Notes: a model not told the origin generated them from the letters alone. A stretch of 64,000 bases of DNA from an uncultured Pirellulaceae bacterium (GCA_964458385.1 CAYWIS010000003.1:1202-65201), one strand, 5' to 3'. Numbered from the stretch's first letter, positions 26,032-36,009 are shown. A program made the numbers and translations.

Positions 26032-27690
26032 TTAGTACGCGCAGATGCGACGCACGGTCGAAGTGGTCGCTTCCCGGACGATGAAGCCTGTACGGTCAAT
26101 TTCGCGGAGGCCGTAACGATAGCCAATAAGCACGTTGCCGTTCGCTAACTCAACTGCGTCGTAGGCCAGGGGCAGTTCCTTGTTATAGGACCACACCACG
26201 TCCCCATTGGGCGCGTACTCGATCACCTTACCCAGCGCCGTGCAGACCAACGTATTGCCATTACTCAATCGCCGCGCGCTCTCTGGCGGAGGAACATTGT
26301 CGATACTCCACACCACCTCGCCTGTACCATCAATCTCGACGATTTTCTTGGTCGAGTACAGGCACACTAGCCACCGCCCCGTCTCCAGGTAACGCACGTC
26401 GTTGGGGCTGCCCGGTAGCTTGACCCGGCGGACAATTTCGCCGTTTGGGCGGACCTCGCGAACTTCCTGATCGTCAAACAAACCTATCAGGTACGTTCGC
26501 TCGGGCGTCACGTCGACCGTGGCGGGCATTTCGGGTAGGGAAATTCGCCACACCTCTTCGCCCGCACCGTTCCCCCGAAACGCAACCACAGAGCCAAAGC
26601 CCGCCAATACGCGATAACCTTCGGGCGAAATGGTGCAACCGCAATACGCTTCATCCTCCGGCACAAGACTTTGGCGTCGAAACCAAGTTCGGCCCGATTC
26701 GTCGCGTTCCGAAACCGAAAACGGATCAAAGTGACACGCCAAGTATCGCCCCGTTGGCAAAGGCCCGCTTGCTAATGGTTGCCGAAGCACAGCCTGCCGG
26801 CCCTGGTCGGCCAACCATGCCCGCCATTCCGCAACACCAGCCGCCCGTCGTTCCGGCGAGGAATACGCGGCATAGCCAAGGGCCTGTCCTGTGAGCGCAT
26901 ACATAACGCGAGCGGCCTGTGTACGAACTGACAATTCCTCAGACTCAAGCGCCGCTAGCAACACGCGGAAAGACTCCTCCCGCGCGTAAGGCGCCAGCGC
27001 TTGAGCCGCCGCCAGTCGCAGCGCCGGATCATCATGGCCGAGGAGGGGAAGCAAGTCTTCGCGAGCGTTCTCACCCACCGCCGCCGGTAACGCCAACAAT
27101 GCGGCGACTTGGGCTACGGGAGGCCCTTCAACAATGGCCTTCCTCAACAAGTCGGCGTCATTGGCCTGAACCGTGGTCCACAAGGCGCGACGCAAACATT
27201 CCTGGCTCGCCCACGTCGTCGCTTGCGGCGCCGCGCGCAGCACGTAAGGGGCTAACCCTTTGATCTCGCGCCGCACAATCGTGCGCAACACGGCCGGAAG
27301 CGTCGCCTGCCGCTTTTCTTGCAGTCGGGTAAGCCGCGCGAGGATCCCCCGAGCGCGCGCCCGCGTCTCTGCGTCTGGGCTTTGCGAAGCGTGTTGGACA
27401 GCCTCCAATGCGTCCAATTCCATCGCCAGTAGTTTCTGCGAGGCAGCTTCGCGTTCGGCGAACTTCTCACTTCCTAGTTGCCGCGCCCATAACCGCGCTA
27501 ATTGGATGTCTTCTTCGGAGGTTTTGGGCGGATTGAGAAATAACCGCAATCCCTCGGCATTCGGCGTCACGCCGTGCTCTGCCAAGAGGAGCAAGTCGGC
27601 CGCCTCGCCAAAATCCTTCTCCAGCCCCCGCACCTCGCGCGACGCCAAAGCCAAACCGATAAGCACAACAACCAGCAGAATTCGCCACAT
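26032..27690 (-). CDS. secreted HEAT-repeat plus beta-propeller (PQQ-like/BamB-like) protein, hypothetical
   Basis: ORF 26032..27693 (GTG), with an ATG at 27690. It has a signal peptide (MWRILLVVVLIGLALASREV), a helical repeat N-terminal half and repeated NG..VW/.G.LV strands in the C-terminal half. Confidence 0.7.
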   Translation of the reverse strand: MWRILLVVVLIGLALASREVRGLEKDFGEAADLLLLAEHGVTPNAEGLRLFLNPPKTSEEDIQLARLWARQLGSEKFAEREAASQKLLAMELDALEAVQHASQSPDAETRARARGILARLTRLQEKRQATLPAVLRTIVRREIKGLAPYVLRAAPQATTWASQECLRRALWTTVQANDADLLRKAIVEGPPVAQVAALLALPAAVGENAREDLLPLLGHDDPALRLAAAQALAPYAREESFRVLLAALESEELSVRTQAARVMYALTGQALGYAAYSSPERRAAGVAEWRAWLADQGRQAVLRQPLASGPLPTGRYLACHFDPFSVSERDESGRTWFRRQSLVPEDEAYCGCTISPEGYRVLAGFGSVVAFRGNGAGEEVWRISLPEMPATVDVTPERTYLIGLFDDQEVREVRPNGEIVRRVKLPGSPNDVRYLETGRWLVCLYSTKKIVEIDGTGEVVWSIDNVPPPESARRLSNGNTLVCTALGKVIEYAPNGDVVWSYNKELPLAYDAVELANGNVLIGYRYGLREIDRTGFIVREATTSTVRRICAY

Positions 27691-27989
27691 CACGAAGATC
27701 TCCCGCCGCCGTCAAAAGAGCCAAGGCGAAGGCGCGACGCGAACCAACTGCTTCATTTTACCAAGCCGGCAAAACTCTCACGAGTCGCAGCCGGCCCACG
27801 TGCAACAAGGACTACGGCTACGCGAGTCCCCAAGCTCCCCGCAATCGCCGCACTCCTCACCGTTATTCACGGTGTTGGCTCAAATTAAGCCGGCAGGGGA
27901 AGTATCTGATAGCAGGGCAGTGCGCGATGATCCGCCCAAAGAAATCCTGGAAGGCGCATTAAGAAATCGCCTCTCCCAGAATGCGAAAT

Positions 27990-28014
27990 GGCGCCTACAG
28001 AACTTGTAGGCGCC
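27990..28014 (-). terminator. putative intrinsic terminator after nrdJ
   Basis: Perfect 10-bp stem GGCGCCTACA/TGTAGGCGCC with a 5-nt loop, 32 nt downstream of the nrdJ stop. On the minus strand it is followed by ATTTCGCATTC. Confidence 0.5.
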
Positions 28015-28045
28015 ATACGAATGTCAGCACATTGCACTAGGGCCG

Positions 28046-31000
28046 TTATGAACAGCCCATGCTGTTGCCGCAATTATGGCAGAGGTAGCAATTACCATTG
28101 CGGACGGTGATGGCGCCGCAGTTGTCGCAGGAAGGAGCGTCACTTTGGAAACTAGCAAACTGCTGGTTACGATCACCCTGGCCGGAGGGATCAGCCAGGA
28201 AGGCTACGCCGGCTCGCTCCAGCAAGGTAACATCGATCGCGCCGTGGCCCGATTTCTTGCCATTGGGCGCGTGGCCATTACTATGGCCGTTACCAATCGG
28301 CGCCGCCTTTCCAACCAGCGCCGACCCGCCGTTACCCTTCTCAACTGGTTTGACTTCAGACTTCGAAGCGCCTCCGGCCTTCTCGGACTTGGCCTCGGTT
28401 TGTTTTTCACCGGCGACGACGGGCAACTCGCCGCGACTAGCTTCACGGTAGCCGGGCAGGAAAGTCATGCCGAGCCAGCGGAAGATGTAGTCCACCAGAC
28501 TCTTGGCGATGCGGATATCTGGGTTCGTGGTGTGCCCCATCGGTTCAAACCGGGTGTGGCTGAACTTGTTGACCAGCACCTCCAGCGGCACGCCATACTG
28601 GAGATTGATCGAGATAGCCGTCCCGAAGCAATCCATCAAGCCGCCGATCGTGCTGCCCTCTTTCGCCATCGTGAGGAACACTTCGCCAGGCCGGCCGTCT
28701 TCGTATAGGCCTACCGTAATGTAGCCTTCGTGCCCTGCGACGTTGAACTTGTGCGTAATCGACTGCCGTGTGTCGGGCAGGCGTTCGCGCCGCGGCCGCG
28801 CCGCCAATTCCTGTTCTTTTTTGGCCCGCTTGGAAGCTTCCGACTCGGTCGAAAGAGGTTGGCTTTGCTTGGAGCCGTCACGGTAAATGGCCAGCGCCTT
28901 GAGCCCCAATTCCCAGCCCCAGAAATACGCATCAGCAATATCCTCGGGCGTTGTATCTTTGGGCATGTTGACGGTCTTGCTGATCGCGCCGCTAATGAAC
29001 GGCTGGGCGGCGGCCATCATCTTCACATGGGCCCGCCAACTGATGCTGCGTACACCGTTCCTGGGCTGGAACGCACAGTCAAATACCGCCAAATGCTCTT
29101 CCTTAAGGCCAGGAGCGCCTTCAATCGTGTCATTCGCGTCGATGTAGTTAACGATGGTCTGAATGTGCGACTCGTCGTAGCCAAGCGTCTTGAGCGCTAA
29201 CGGAACCACGCGATTGACAATCTTGAGTGTTCCTCCACCCGCCAATTGCTTGTACTTGACCAAGGCGATATCCGGCTCGATCCCGGTGGTGTCGCAGTCC
29301 ATCATGAAGCTGATCGTGCCGGTCGGCGCCAGCACGGTGGCCTGAGCGTTGCGGAAGCCATACTTCCGGCCTTGCTCCAAGACCTTATTCCACAAGTTGC
29401 GAGCGGCCTCTCGGAGATATTCGGGACCCGCGTCATCGATACGCTCAACCGCGTCGCGATGCATGCCCATCACTTTGAGGAACGGCTCGCGATTCGCGGC
29501 GTAAGCCTCGAAGGGCCCCACCGCCGCCGCTAATTCGGTGCTTGTTAGGTTCGCGGCGCCGTGCAGGATGGCGGTGATCGAGCCGCACAGCCCATACGCC
29601 TTCGCCGAATCGTAAGGAATTCCGCTAGCCATAATCAGGCTGCCCAAGTTCGAGTAGCCCAATCCCAGCGGCCGAAAACGATGGCTATTTTCGGCAATCC
29701 GATCAGTGGGGTAACTGGCGTGATCGACCAGAATCTCTTGTGCGATGAAAAACAACCGACAAGCGGCGACAAAACCATCGACATCGAACGTTCCGTCCTC
29801 TTGCCGGAATTTCATCAAGTTAATGCTGGCAAGGTTGCAAGCCGTGTTGTCGAGAAACATGTACTCAGAGCACGGATTGCTGGCGTTGATTCGGCCTGAA
29901 TTCGGGCAGGTATGCCACTTGTTGATGGTAGTGTCGTACTGCACACCGGGATCGCCGCAATGCCAAGCGCATTCCGCCATACGGCGCAGCAGAAAACGAG
30001 CATCGTAGGTGGGACCGTCGGCGCCGGTGGTTACAAAGCGAGTTGTCCATTTCTCGCCACGACGCACGGCATTCATAAATTCGTCCGTGACGCGCACCGA
30101 GAGATTCGCGTTCTGGAAGAAGACCGAGCTATAAGCCTCGCCATTGAAGTTCGCGTCGTACTTGCCCGAAGCGATCAGCGTGTGCGCCTTTTGCTCTTCC
30201 TTCCATTTGCACTCGATAAATTCCAGAATGTCGGGGTGCCAAACCTTCAGCGATTGCATCTTGGCCGCCCGACGCGTCTTGCCGCCACTCTTAATCACCG
30301 AAGCGATCTGGTCGTAAACCCGCATGAATGACAGCGGGCCCGATGGACGTCCACCGCCCGACAGCTTTTCGCGCTGGGAACGAAGCGTAGACAGGTCGGT
30401 GCCGGTGCCCGAACCAAATTTGAACAACATGGCCTCGCTCGTCGCCAGGCGCATGATGTCCTCCATGTTGTCATCTACGCTTTGGATAAAGCAGGCCGAG
30501 GCCTGGGGAAATTCGTAGGGGTTCTCAGGTTGGGCGACCGCTTGCTTCTTTACATCCCAATGCCAATTGCACCGGGCGCCCTTGACGCCATAGTGGTGAT
30601 ACAGCCCCACGTTGAACCAAACGGGCGAATTAAATGCCCCCACTTGGTGCAAACACAGCCAAGTCAAGTCGCGGTAAAACCGTTCGCCGTCTTCAGCCGT
30701 TGCGAAATAGCCATCGGCAATCCCCCAGTCCGTAATGGTGCGAGTCACGCGGTGGATAAGCTGCCGCACGCTTCGTTCGCGCTCGGGCGTGCCGATTTCG
30801 CCGTAAAAGTACTTGCTCACCACCACGTTCGTGGCAAGCTGACTCCAGGATTTGGGAATTTCACAGTCCGTCTGTTCGAACAGCACTTCGCCGCTGTCGT
30901 CTTTGATTGCCGCCGAGCGAATTTCCCACTCCACCGTGTCAAAGGGATCCGCAACGTCTTCCGGGCAAAACCGGGCGGGAATCCTCAGCCCCTGACCTGG

Positions 31001-31054
31001 AGCGGCAACGTCGGAGGTAATCGAAGCCGAACGAGCAACATCCACAGTAGCCAT
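28046..31054 (-). CDS. nrdJ: adenosylcobalamin-dependent ribonucleotide reductase (class II)
   Basis: 1002 aa. It has RNR catalytic blocks (NPCSEYMFLDNTACNLASINL, GLGYSNLG, TVLAPTGTISF) and a C-terminal Cys-rich zinc ribbon (CDNCGAITVRNGNCYLCHNCG) typical of NrdJ. Confidence 0.92.
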   Translation of the reverse strand: MATVDVARSASITSDVAAPGQGLRIPARFCPEDVADPFDTVEWEIRSAAIKDDSGEVLFEQTDCEIPKSWSQLATNVVVSKYFYGEIGTPERERSVRQLIHRVTRTITDWGIADGYFATAEDGERFYRDLTWLCLHQVGAFNSPVWFNVGLYHHYGVKGARCNWHWDVKKQAVAQPENPYEFPQASACFIQSVDDNMEDIMRLATSEAMLFKFGSGTGTDLSTLRSQREKLSGGGRPSGPLSFMRVYDQIASVIKSGGKTRRAAKMQSLKVWHPDILEFIECKWKEEQKAHTLIASGKYDANFNGEAYSSVFFQNANLSVRVTDEFMNAVRRGEKWTTRFVTTGADGPTYDARFLLRRMAECAWHCGDPGVQYDTTINKWHTCPNSGRINASNPCSEYMFLDNTACNLASINLMKFRQEDGTFDVDGFVAACRLFFIAQEILVDHASYPTDRIAENSHRFRPLGLGYSNLGSLIMASGIPYDSAKAYGLCGSITAILHGAANLTSTELAAAVGPFEAYAANREPFLKVMGMHRDAVERIDDAGPEYLREAARNLWNKVLEQGRKYGFRNAQATVLAPTGTISFMMDCDTTGIEPDIALVKYKQLAGGGTLKIVNRVVPLALKTLGYDESHIQTIVNYIDANDTIEGAPGLKEEHLAVFDCAFQPRNGVRSISWRAHVKMMAAAQPFISGAISKTVNMPKDTTPEDIADAYFWGWELGLKALAIYRDGSKQSQPLSTESEASKRAKKEQELAARPRRERLPDTRQSITHKFNVAGHEGYITVGLYEDGRPGEVFLTMAKEGSTIGGLMDCFGTAISINLQYGVPLEVLVNKFSHTRFEPMGHTTNPDIRIAKSLVDYIFRWLGMTFLPGYREASRGELPVVAGEKQTEAKSEKAGGASKSEVKPVEKGNGGSALVGKAAPIGNGHSNGHAPNGKKSGHGAIDVTLLERAGVAFLADPSGQGDRNQQFASFQSDAPSCDNCGAITVRNGNCYLCHNCGNSMGCS

Positions 31055-31203
31055 TCGTCACAATCCTGGGTTAAGGGAGCGGCCGGAGTAGGCCCTTTTA
31101 GTGTACCCGAGTACAGTAAAAAGTCTCGTCCTGAGGCTCCCGATTTCTACGAGAAAAGAGAATCATCCAATTACAGACGGGAGAACCCTCACAGGTTTCC
31201 ATC

Positions 31204-31250
31204 ATACCAGATATTGTGGAAGCAACCCATGCATGCACAACATCTAGCGA
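31204..31250 (-). promoter_or_regulatory. tandem NrdR-box-like palindromes upstream of nrdJ
   Basis: Box 1 is at 31204..31219 (reverse complement CCACAATATCTGGTAT). Box 2 is at 31235..31250 (GCACAACATCTAGCGA). They match 12/16 and 11/16 positions of the published NrdR-box consensus acaCwAtATaTwGtgt as I recall it. The centre-to-centre distance is 31 bp, about 3 helical turns, and they lie 150-196 nt upstream of the nrdJ ATG. Confidence 0.45.
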
Positions 31251-31685
31251 TAGGACGAGTTTATAAAGTCTTCGCATCGCGTCAATTGCTTTATAGGAAG
31301 CAACCAAGATGCCGCGTCCATTTGGACTTACGGCCAGAGATAAAGAATGGTCCCACCCACAAACGATGAGCGGGAAGAAAGCTAATTGCTTGCACTGCTA
31401 GCAGTTAGAGAGAAATCGGCGGCGCTAGCACATGCCGTTGAAGAAAGAAGAAAATTAACAAGAATTTTCTATTGAAAAAGTTATACCAGCATATAGCGGG
31501 ACACTTGGCGCCCGCGAATAAACCACCGCGCAGCAATCCACGCCACTCAGCCCAAGAATGTGACGTGTGGGGAGAACGCGATCAGCTAATAGCTCTCCCC
31601 GCGGTGGATAGACAAGAGCCCGCACTACATCCCGCAGACGGGCCATTCCTAAAAGACTTTTCGTAACTTCCGCCTGAGACTACAG

Positions 31686-32039
31686 TTACGCTTGCGCCTC
31701 TGCGGCGGGCGATTCCTGCTCTTCCGGTACGCCCAAAATCTTACTAATGCGCACCCGTGTGTAGAGCTGGCGATGTCCCGTGCGCCGTCGGTAGTTCTTG
31801 CGGCGGCGGAACTTTTGAATTACCAACTTTTCTCCCTTCCGAGGGCCGACCACCTCGGCTTCAACGCTTACGCCTTCCACAAGCGGATTGCCGAGCTGAA
31901 CGCCATTTTTCCCCGAAACGAGGATAACACGCTCCAAGCGAATCTTCTCGCCGCTTGGAGTGTCGCGATAATCCAAATCGAGAAGTTGCCCCGTTTGCAC
32001 CTTATACTGGCGTCCGCCGTCTTGAATAATCGCGTACAT
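31686..32039 (-). CDS. rplU: 50S ribosomal protein L21
   Basis: ORF 31686..32093, with the start placed at the ATG at 32039 giving MYAIIQDGGRQYKVQTGQLLDLD, the canonical L21 N-terminus. The C-terminus contains the KFRRRKNYRRRTGHRQ block. Confidence 0.9.
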   Translation of the reverse strand: MYAIIQDGGRQYKVQTGQLLDLDYRDTPSGEKIRLERVILVSGKNGVQLGNPLVEGVSVEAEVVGPRKGEKLVIQKFRRRKNYRRRTGHRQLYTRVRISKILGVPEEQESPAAEAQA

Positions 32040-32151
32040 TGTTCTGTCCACTGACAAAGACATACCTGGAAAACTCGATAATTTACCGGACAACCTCGCT
32101 CACGTCGAGTCCCGTCAGCAAAGGAGACCTGTGTTGTCGGCAAACGACCGC

Positions 32152-32178
32152 GTCACCCAAGATGTCTCTTTGGGTGAC
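32152..32178 (-). terminator. hairpin downstream of the Trx-NHL gene (possible terminator)
   Basis: Perfect 9-bp stem GTCACCCAA/TTGGGTGAC with a 9-nt loop, 47 nt after the stop at 32225. The T-tract is weak. Confidence 0.35.
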
Positions 32179-32224
32179 AAGTAACGTCGCGCAAGGTCAC
32201 ATCCGGAAGCTCTATCGTCCCCGA

Positions 32225-34618
32225 TTATTCGGCAACGTTATGCGTGAGCTTGATCTCGGTCGCTTCGGCGTCGGGTTGAATTTCCAGAGGAACCGTCCAA
32301 GCGGCGTTCCCCACTTTGCAAAGCCCCTCGCCCCCCTCTTGGCAATAGTAGAATGAAACCCCTACGTCGAGCGAATCCGTTCCTGAACCAGTTACCGGCA
32401 ACTCGATGGTGAACGAAGGGAAAGGCTGTTCCAGCCGAGTCATCTTACCCAACGCATCGCGATCGACCGGCCCTACTTCCTGGTTTGCTTCGACTCGGTA
32501 GGAATTTGGAGCCAGTGCATTAAGTTTCCATCCCTTTGGCAGTTCCACGCTCACGCGCAAGATAATCTTGCCTTCGACCGGCTTTACCACGGTCAACGGC
32601 GCCTGCGCCCGATTGACACCGGCAAAAGCGGGAGCTTCGCGAATTTCCACCGGTTCGGGAGGCGTCAGGCCACGAATCTCCAAAGTGGCTACTTGATAAC
32701 CGTTCTTCAGATCGATGGTGCGAATACGATGGTTATTTGTGTCGGCCACATAAAGCTTGCCCGCAGCGTAGGAGATTCCCGCAGGCTCATCGAAGGTTTT
32801 CCGCCCCGGCTCACTCTTTTCGCGCTCGCCGCCAGCAATTGTTTTGACCGTCGTCGTGGCCAGGTCTAGTTCTTTAATCTTGTCGTTATAGGTGTCAGCA
32901 ATAAAGATCTTGCCCTCATGATGCACCACCCCTAGCACATGTTGCAAACGTACCTCCTTACCCTGGCCATCGACGTCGCCAAACTCAAACAGGCGACCAT
33001 GTGGCAGGTGAGAGGTCCCCACCACCGTCTTCACCTCACCCGCGGGGTCGAACGGAACAGCGCGAATGGAGCTTCCTTCGCTGTCGGCGACGTATAGCCA
33101 TTCGCCATCGGATGTCAGTCCACTCGGTTGAGCGAACGAAGCATAGCCGGCTTCATACGGGACACGCGGCAACAAAGGACCATCAACAATATCTTCCCGG
33201 CCATTGCCTGCGTAAGGGCCAATTTCCGATTCATCCAGCGGCATTTTCCAGATCTGGTGAGGCCCCGCCATCGCGATGTACAAATCCTCCCTGTGCACCC
33301 ATAGCGCCCACGGGCTGTTGAGTGCGGTCTGGGTGGGCTTACCAACCCACCGTTCAGGAGGCGGATCAAACGGTCCCAGCGTCTCCAAGCCGGGCCAACC
33401 CGCGCGACTTTGTTCACCTGTTCCGGCAATCGTAGATACCGTCTTTTGCCTGAGATCCACCTTGCGTAACAGGTGGTTTTCGGTGTCGGCTACATAAAGC
33501 GTATCGCCATGGAGAGCCACGCCTTGCGGATGGTCGAACGTGGCCTGTTGGTAATCTCCGTTGTTGGCGCCAATTGCGCCGGAACCAATCACATCGAGCA
33601 AATTCCCTTCAAGATCGGTAATGACAATCCGGTTATGATTGCTGTCGGAAATAAACAGGCGATTCGTTTTTTCGTCGGCAAGCACCTTACCAGGAAAGCG
33701 TAGCGGCGTTGGTTGCTGACGGTAAGCCAACAGGTCAAAGCGAATAGGCGTGGTATCAATTGCGCCCTTTGCGCGGTAGTACGGAAGTGCTCGCTTGAGA
33801 ACAGCATCCACCTGTTCAAACTTGAACTCGCCGCTTTTGCCCCATACTGCGTTGCCTTCCGGATCAATCATGAGTACCGTAGGCCACGCTCGCACACCGT
33901 AAGAGTTCCAGATTTTGTGTTCGTGGTCGTTGACGACCGGGTGTTCAATTTCGTACCGCAGAATCGCTTCTTTAATATTGTCCGCGTCTTTCTCGGTGTC
34001 GAACTTGGCCGAGTGAACACCAATCACGACCAATTCGTGTGGATACGCCTTTTCGAGCTTCTTTAACTCGGGCAGGACGTGCATGCAGTTAATGCAGCAG
34101 TAGGTCCAAAAGTCGAACAATACAAACTTCCCCCGCAAGTCGCGCAATCGCAACGGCCCACCTGTATTGAGCCACTCCATGTCTTCAGGAAATTCGGGCG
34201 CGGGAATGCGATGGGCAAAGGGATGCTCATCGTCTAGGGCGGCCGTAGGCGTCACTTGGTCCGTATCGCCATCCGGCTCAGGCGTAGGATCTTTCACAAC
34301 AGCCTCAGTATCGTTGGCGTCTCCTTGCTCGTTAGTCGAGTTAGCATCCGCAACATTCTCTTCGTCGCGAGAGTCCGATGTTGGCGACTCGGCCGGGATG
34401 CCTGCTTCATTCGCCTCGCTGGTTACGTTGGGATCTTGGCTCGAAATCTCCGGCGCATCTGATTCACTCGCGGTAGCCGACCTTTCGATCGCCGCAGGAA
34501 TTGGGGCCGTTTGTGACTGACAACCTGCGAGCGCGGCAAGGCAAGGCACCATAAACATCAGCACGGCTCGGCGCGCGGTATGCGCGGGAGTTAAGCGGCA
34601 ATCGTTCCGCGAAGGCAT
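32225..34618 (-). CDS. thioredoxin-like (TlpA/redoxin) plus NHL-repeat beta-propeller lipoprotein (NHLRC2-like architecture)
   Basis: ORF 32225..34771, with the start placed at the ATG at 34618 (MPSRND...MFMVPCLAALAGCQ, a lipobox). It has an acidic linker and a Trx fold with FDFWTYCCINCMHVLPELKKLE. Multiple NHL repeats (LYVADTENHLLRKVD, IFIADTYNDKIKELD, LYVADTNNHRIRTID) are followed by a C-terminal beta domain. Confidence 0.85.
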   Translation of the reverse strand: MPSRNDCRLTPAHTARRAVLMFMVPCLAALAGCQSQTAPIPAAIERSATASESDAPEISSQDPNVTSEANEAGIPAESPTSDSRDEENVADANSTNEQGDANDTEAVVKDPTPEPDGDTDQVTPTAALDDEHPFAHRIPAPEFPEDMEWLNTGGPLRLRDLRGKFVLFDFWTYCCINCMHVLPELKKLEKAYPHELVVIGVHSAKFDTEKDADNIKEAILRYEIEHPVVNDHEHKIWNSYGVRAWPTVLMIDPEGNAVWGKSGEFKFEQVDAVLKRALPYYRAKGAIDTTPIRFDLLAYRQQPTPLRFPGKVLADEKTNRLFISDSNHNRIVITDLEGNLLDVIGSGAIGANNGDYQQATFDHPQGVALHGDTLYVADTENHLLRKVDLRQKTVSTIAGTGEQSRAGWPGLETLGPFDPPPERWVGKPTQTALNSPWALWVHREDLYIAMAGPHQIWKMPLDESEIGPYAGNGREDIVDGPLLPRVPYEAGYASFAQPSGLTSDGEWLYVADSEGSSIRAVPFDPAGEVKTVVGTSHLPHGRLFEFGDVDGQGKEVRLQHVLGVVHHEGKIFIADTYNDKIKELDLATTTVKTIAGGEREKSEPGRKTFDEPAGISYAAGKLYVADTNNHRIRTIDLKNGYQVATLEIRGLTPPEPVEIREAPAFAGVNRAQAPLTVVKPVEGKIILRVSVELPKGWKLNALAPNSYRVEANQEVGPVDRDALGKMTRLEQPFPSFTIELPVTGSGTDSLDVGVSFYYCQEGGEGLCKVGNAAWTVPLEIQPDAEATEIKLTHNVAE

Positions 34619-34968
34619 GCAAAAGCTCCTGAGACTGCGGAAGGAACAGGTGGGCCAAACGGGGCAAACTCGAACCAATGCATGAAGTTTTATGGTACCG
34701 CAATTGGCGCAAGAGGAAAACGTCGCTTGGCAGTGGGCTTCCTTCGCGAGCATCTCCACGCCTAACTGCACGTCGACAGTGTGGAAAAGGAGCCTCGCCG
34801 GAAGTAAGCTATTCGCGAGTTTTTATTGAATTCCTGCGCACGGGTTTTTACGATGATGGTTAAATGAACCGTTTGGGACCTCACGTGCGTATCGTAAGTA
34901 GCGTCCTGCGAACACGTTGTTGTCGGGCGTTTCCCGTTCGTTGCACCTCTCTCTTCTTCAATAGTCTC

Positions 34969-35964
34969 ATGACTCGACTCCCCGCCACTCGATTGGTTGC
35001 ACGTCGCGATTTCTGCCGCTCCGCATTGGCGGGTGTTATGGGCGGCGGATGCTTATGGGCCAATCAGCTTCTTGCCCAACCGCCCGCGCCGCGTCGCCCT
35101 GCCGCGCCGGCCAAAAAAGAAGACATCCGCGAGCCCAAGCTGATCACGTTGGAAACGAAGGACGGTGTAGCGCTCAAGGCCGTCTACTTTCCCGGCAAAC
35201 CGAGCAAAGAGACCGTTCCTATCATCATGCTGCACGGCTGGAACGAACGTGGCGTGGTGTGGGAGGCGCTTGCGGCGTACTTCCAACGTACTTTGGGGCA
35301 TGCCGTCATTGTGCCTGACTTACGTGGTCATGGCCAAAGCGTCAGCCAGACGATCGGCGGGCGCGCACGTGAGCCACTGACGCCAGATGGCTTGACCCTA
35401 GCCGACATGGAAGCCACGGTCTGGGACGTCCAAGCGTGCAAGAAGTTTCTTGAGCAGGAGAATAATAAAGGCGACTTGAATCTGGAGATGCTGTGCGTCA
35501 TCGGCGCAGGTTACGGCGGTCTGATCGGTCTAAAGTTCGCTGCGCTCGATTGGAGCTGGCCTATTCTTACCACGGGTAAGCAAGGCCAGGATGTCAAAGG
35601 ATTGGCGCTGTTGACGCCTGTAGATCGCCACAAGCGAGTGATGGCCGCGCAAGCGGTAGCGGCCCTACGAGCGCCCATCGCCAGCGGCCGGTTCTCTCTG
35701 TTGTTCGTCGCTGGCGAACAAGACCGGCAAGGGTTTAACGACGCCAAACGCTTGCATCGCCAACTTGAGGCCATGTATCCGACAAACGACAAGAGCGGCT
35801 GCGTTCTTGTCACCCGCGACACCAACAGCCACGGCGCTCAGCTTATCGAACCGCAGCGCCGTTTGGGCGTCGAACAGGTGCTTGCCAACTTCATTGCCCA
35901 ACGCATTGCGGCTCGCAAGGGCGAGTTCGCATGGTCCGAACGTAAAAGCCCGCTTGAGCGGTGA
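34969..35964 (+). CDS. alpha/beta-hydrolase fold protein with TAT-like signal
   Basis: ORF 34864..35964, with the start placed at the ATG at 34969 (MTRLPATRLVARRDFCRSALAGV). The IIMLHGW and PDLRGHGQS blocks are typical of alpha/beta hydrolases. The nucleophile elbow is atypical (VIGAGYGG). Confidence 0.65.
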   Translation: MTRLPATRLVARRDFCRSALAGVMGGGCLWANQLLAQPPAPRRPAAPAKKEDIREPKLITLETKDGVALKAVYFPGKPSKETVPIIMLHGWNERGVVWEALAAYFQRTLGHAVIVPDLRGHGQSVSQTIGGRAREPLTPDGLTLADMEATVWDVQACKKFLEQENNKGDLNLEMLCVIGAGYGGLIGLKFAALDWSWPILTTGKQGQDVKGLALLTPVDRHKRVMAAQAVAALRAPIASGRFSLLFVAGEQDRQGFNDAKRLHRQLEAMYPTNDKSGCVLVTRDTNSHGAQLIEPQRRLGVEQVLANFIAQRIAARKGEFAWSERKSPLER

Positions 35965-36009
35965 CCCGAGCCACATGAATCGGGCCGAAGCGACAACCGC
36001 ACTCTTCTA

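Noticed and set aside
31055-31685. Cobalamin riboswitch upstream of the B12-dependent nrdJ
   Set aside because: I found no B12-box-like element (consensus ..AGYCMGGAGACCKGCC..) or GGTG/GGGAA core on either strand. Repression of a B12-dependent enzyme by B12 would also be biologically unexpected.
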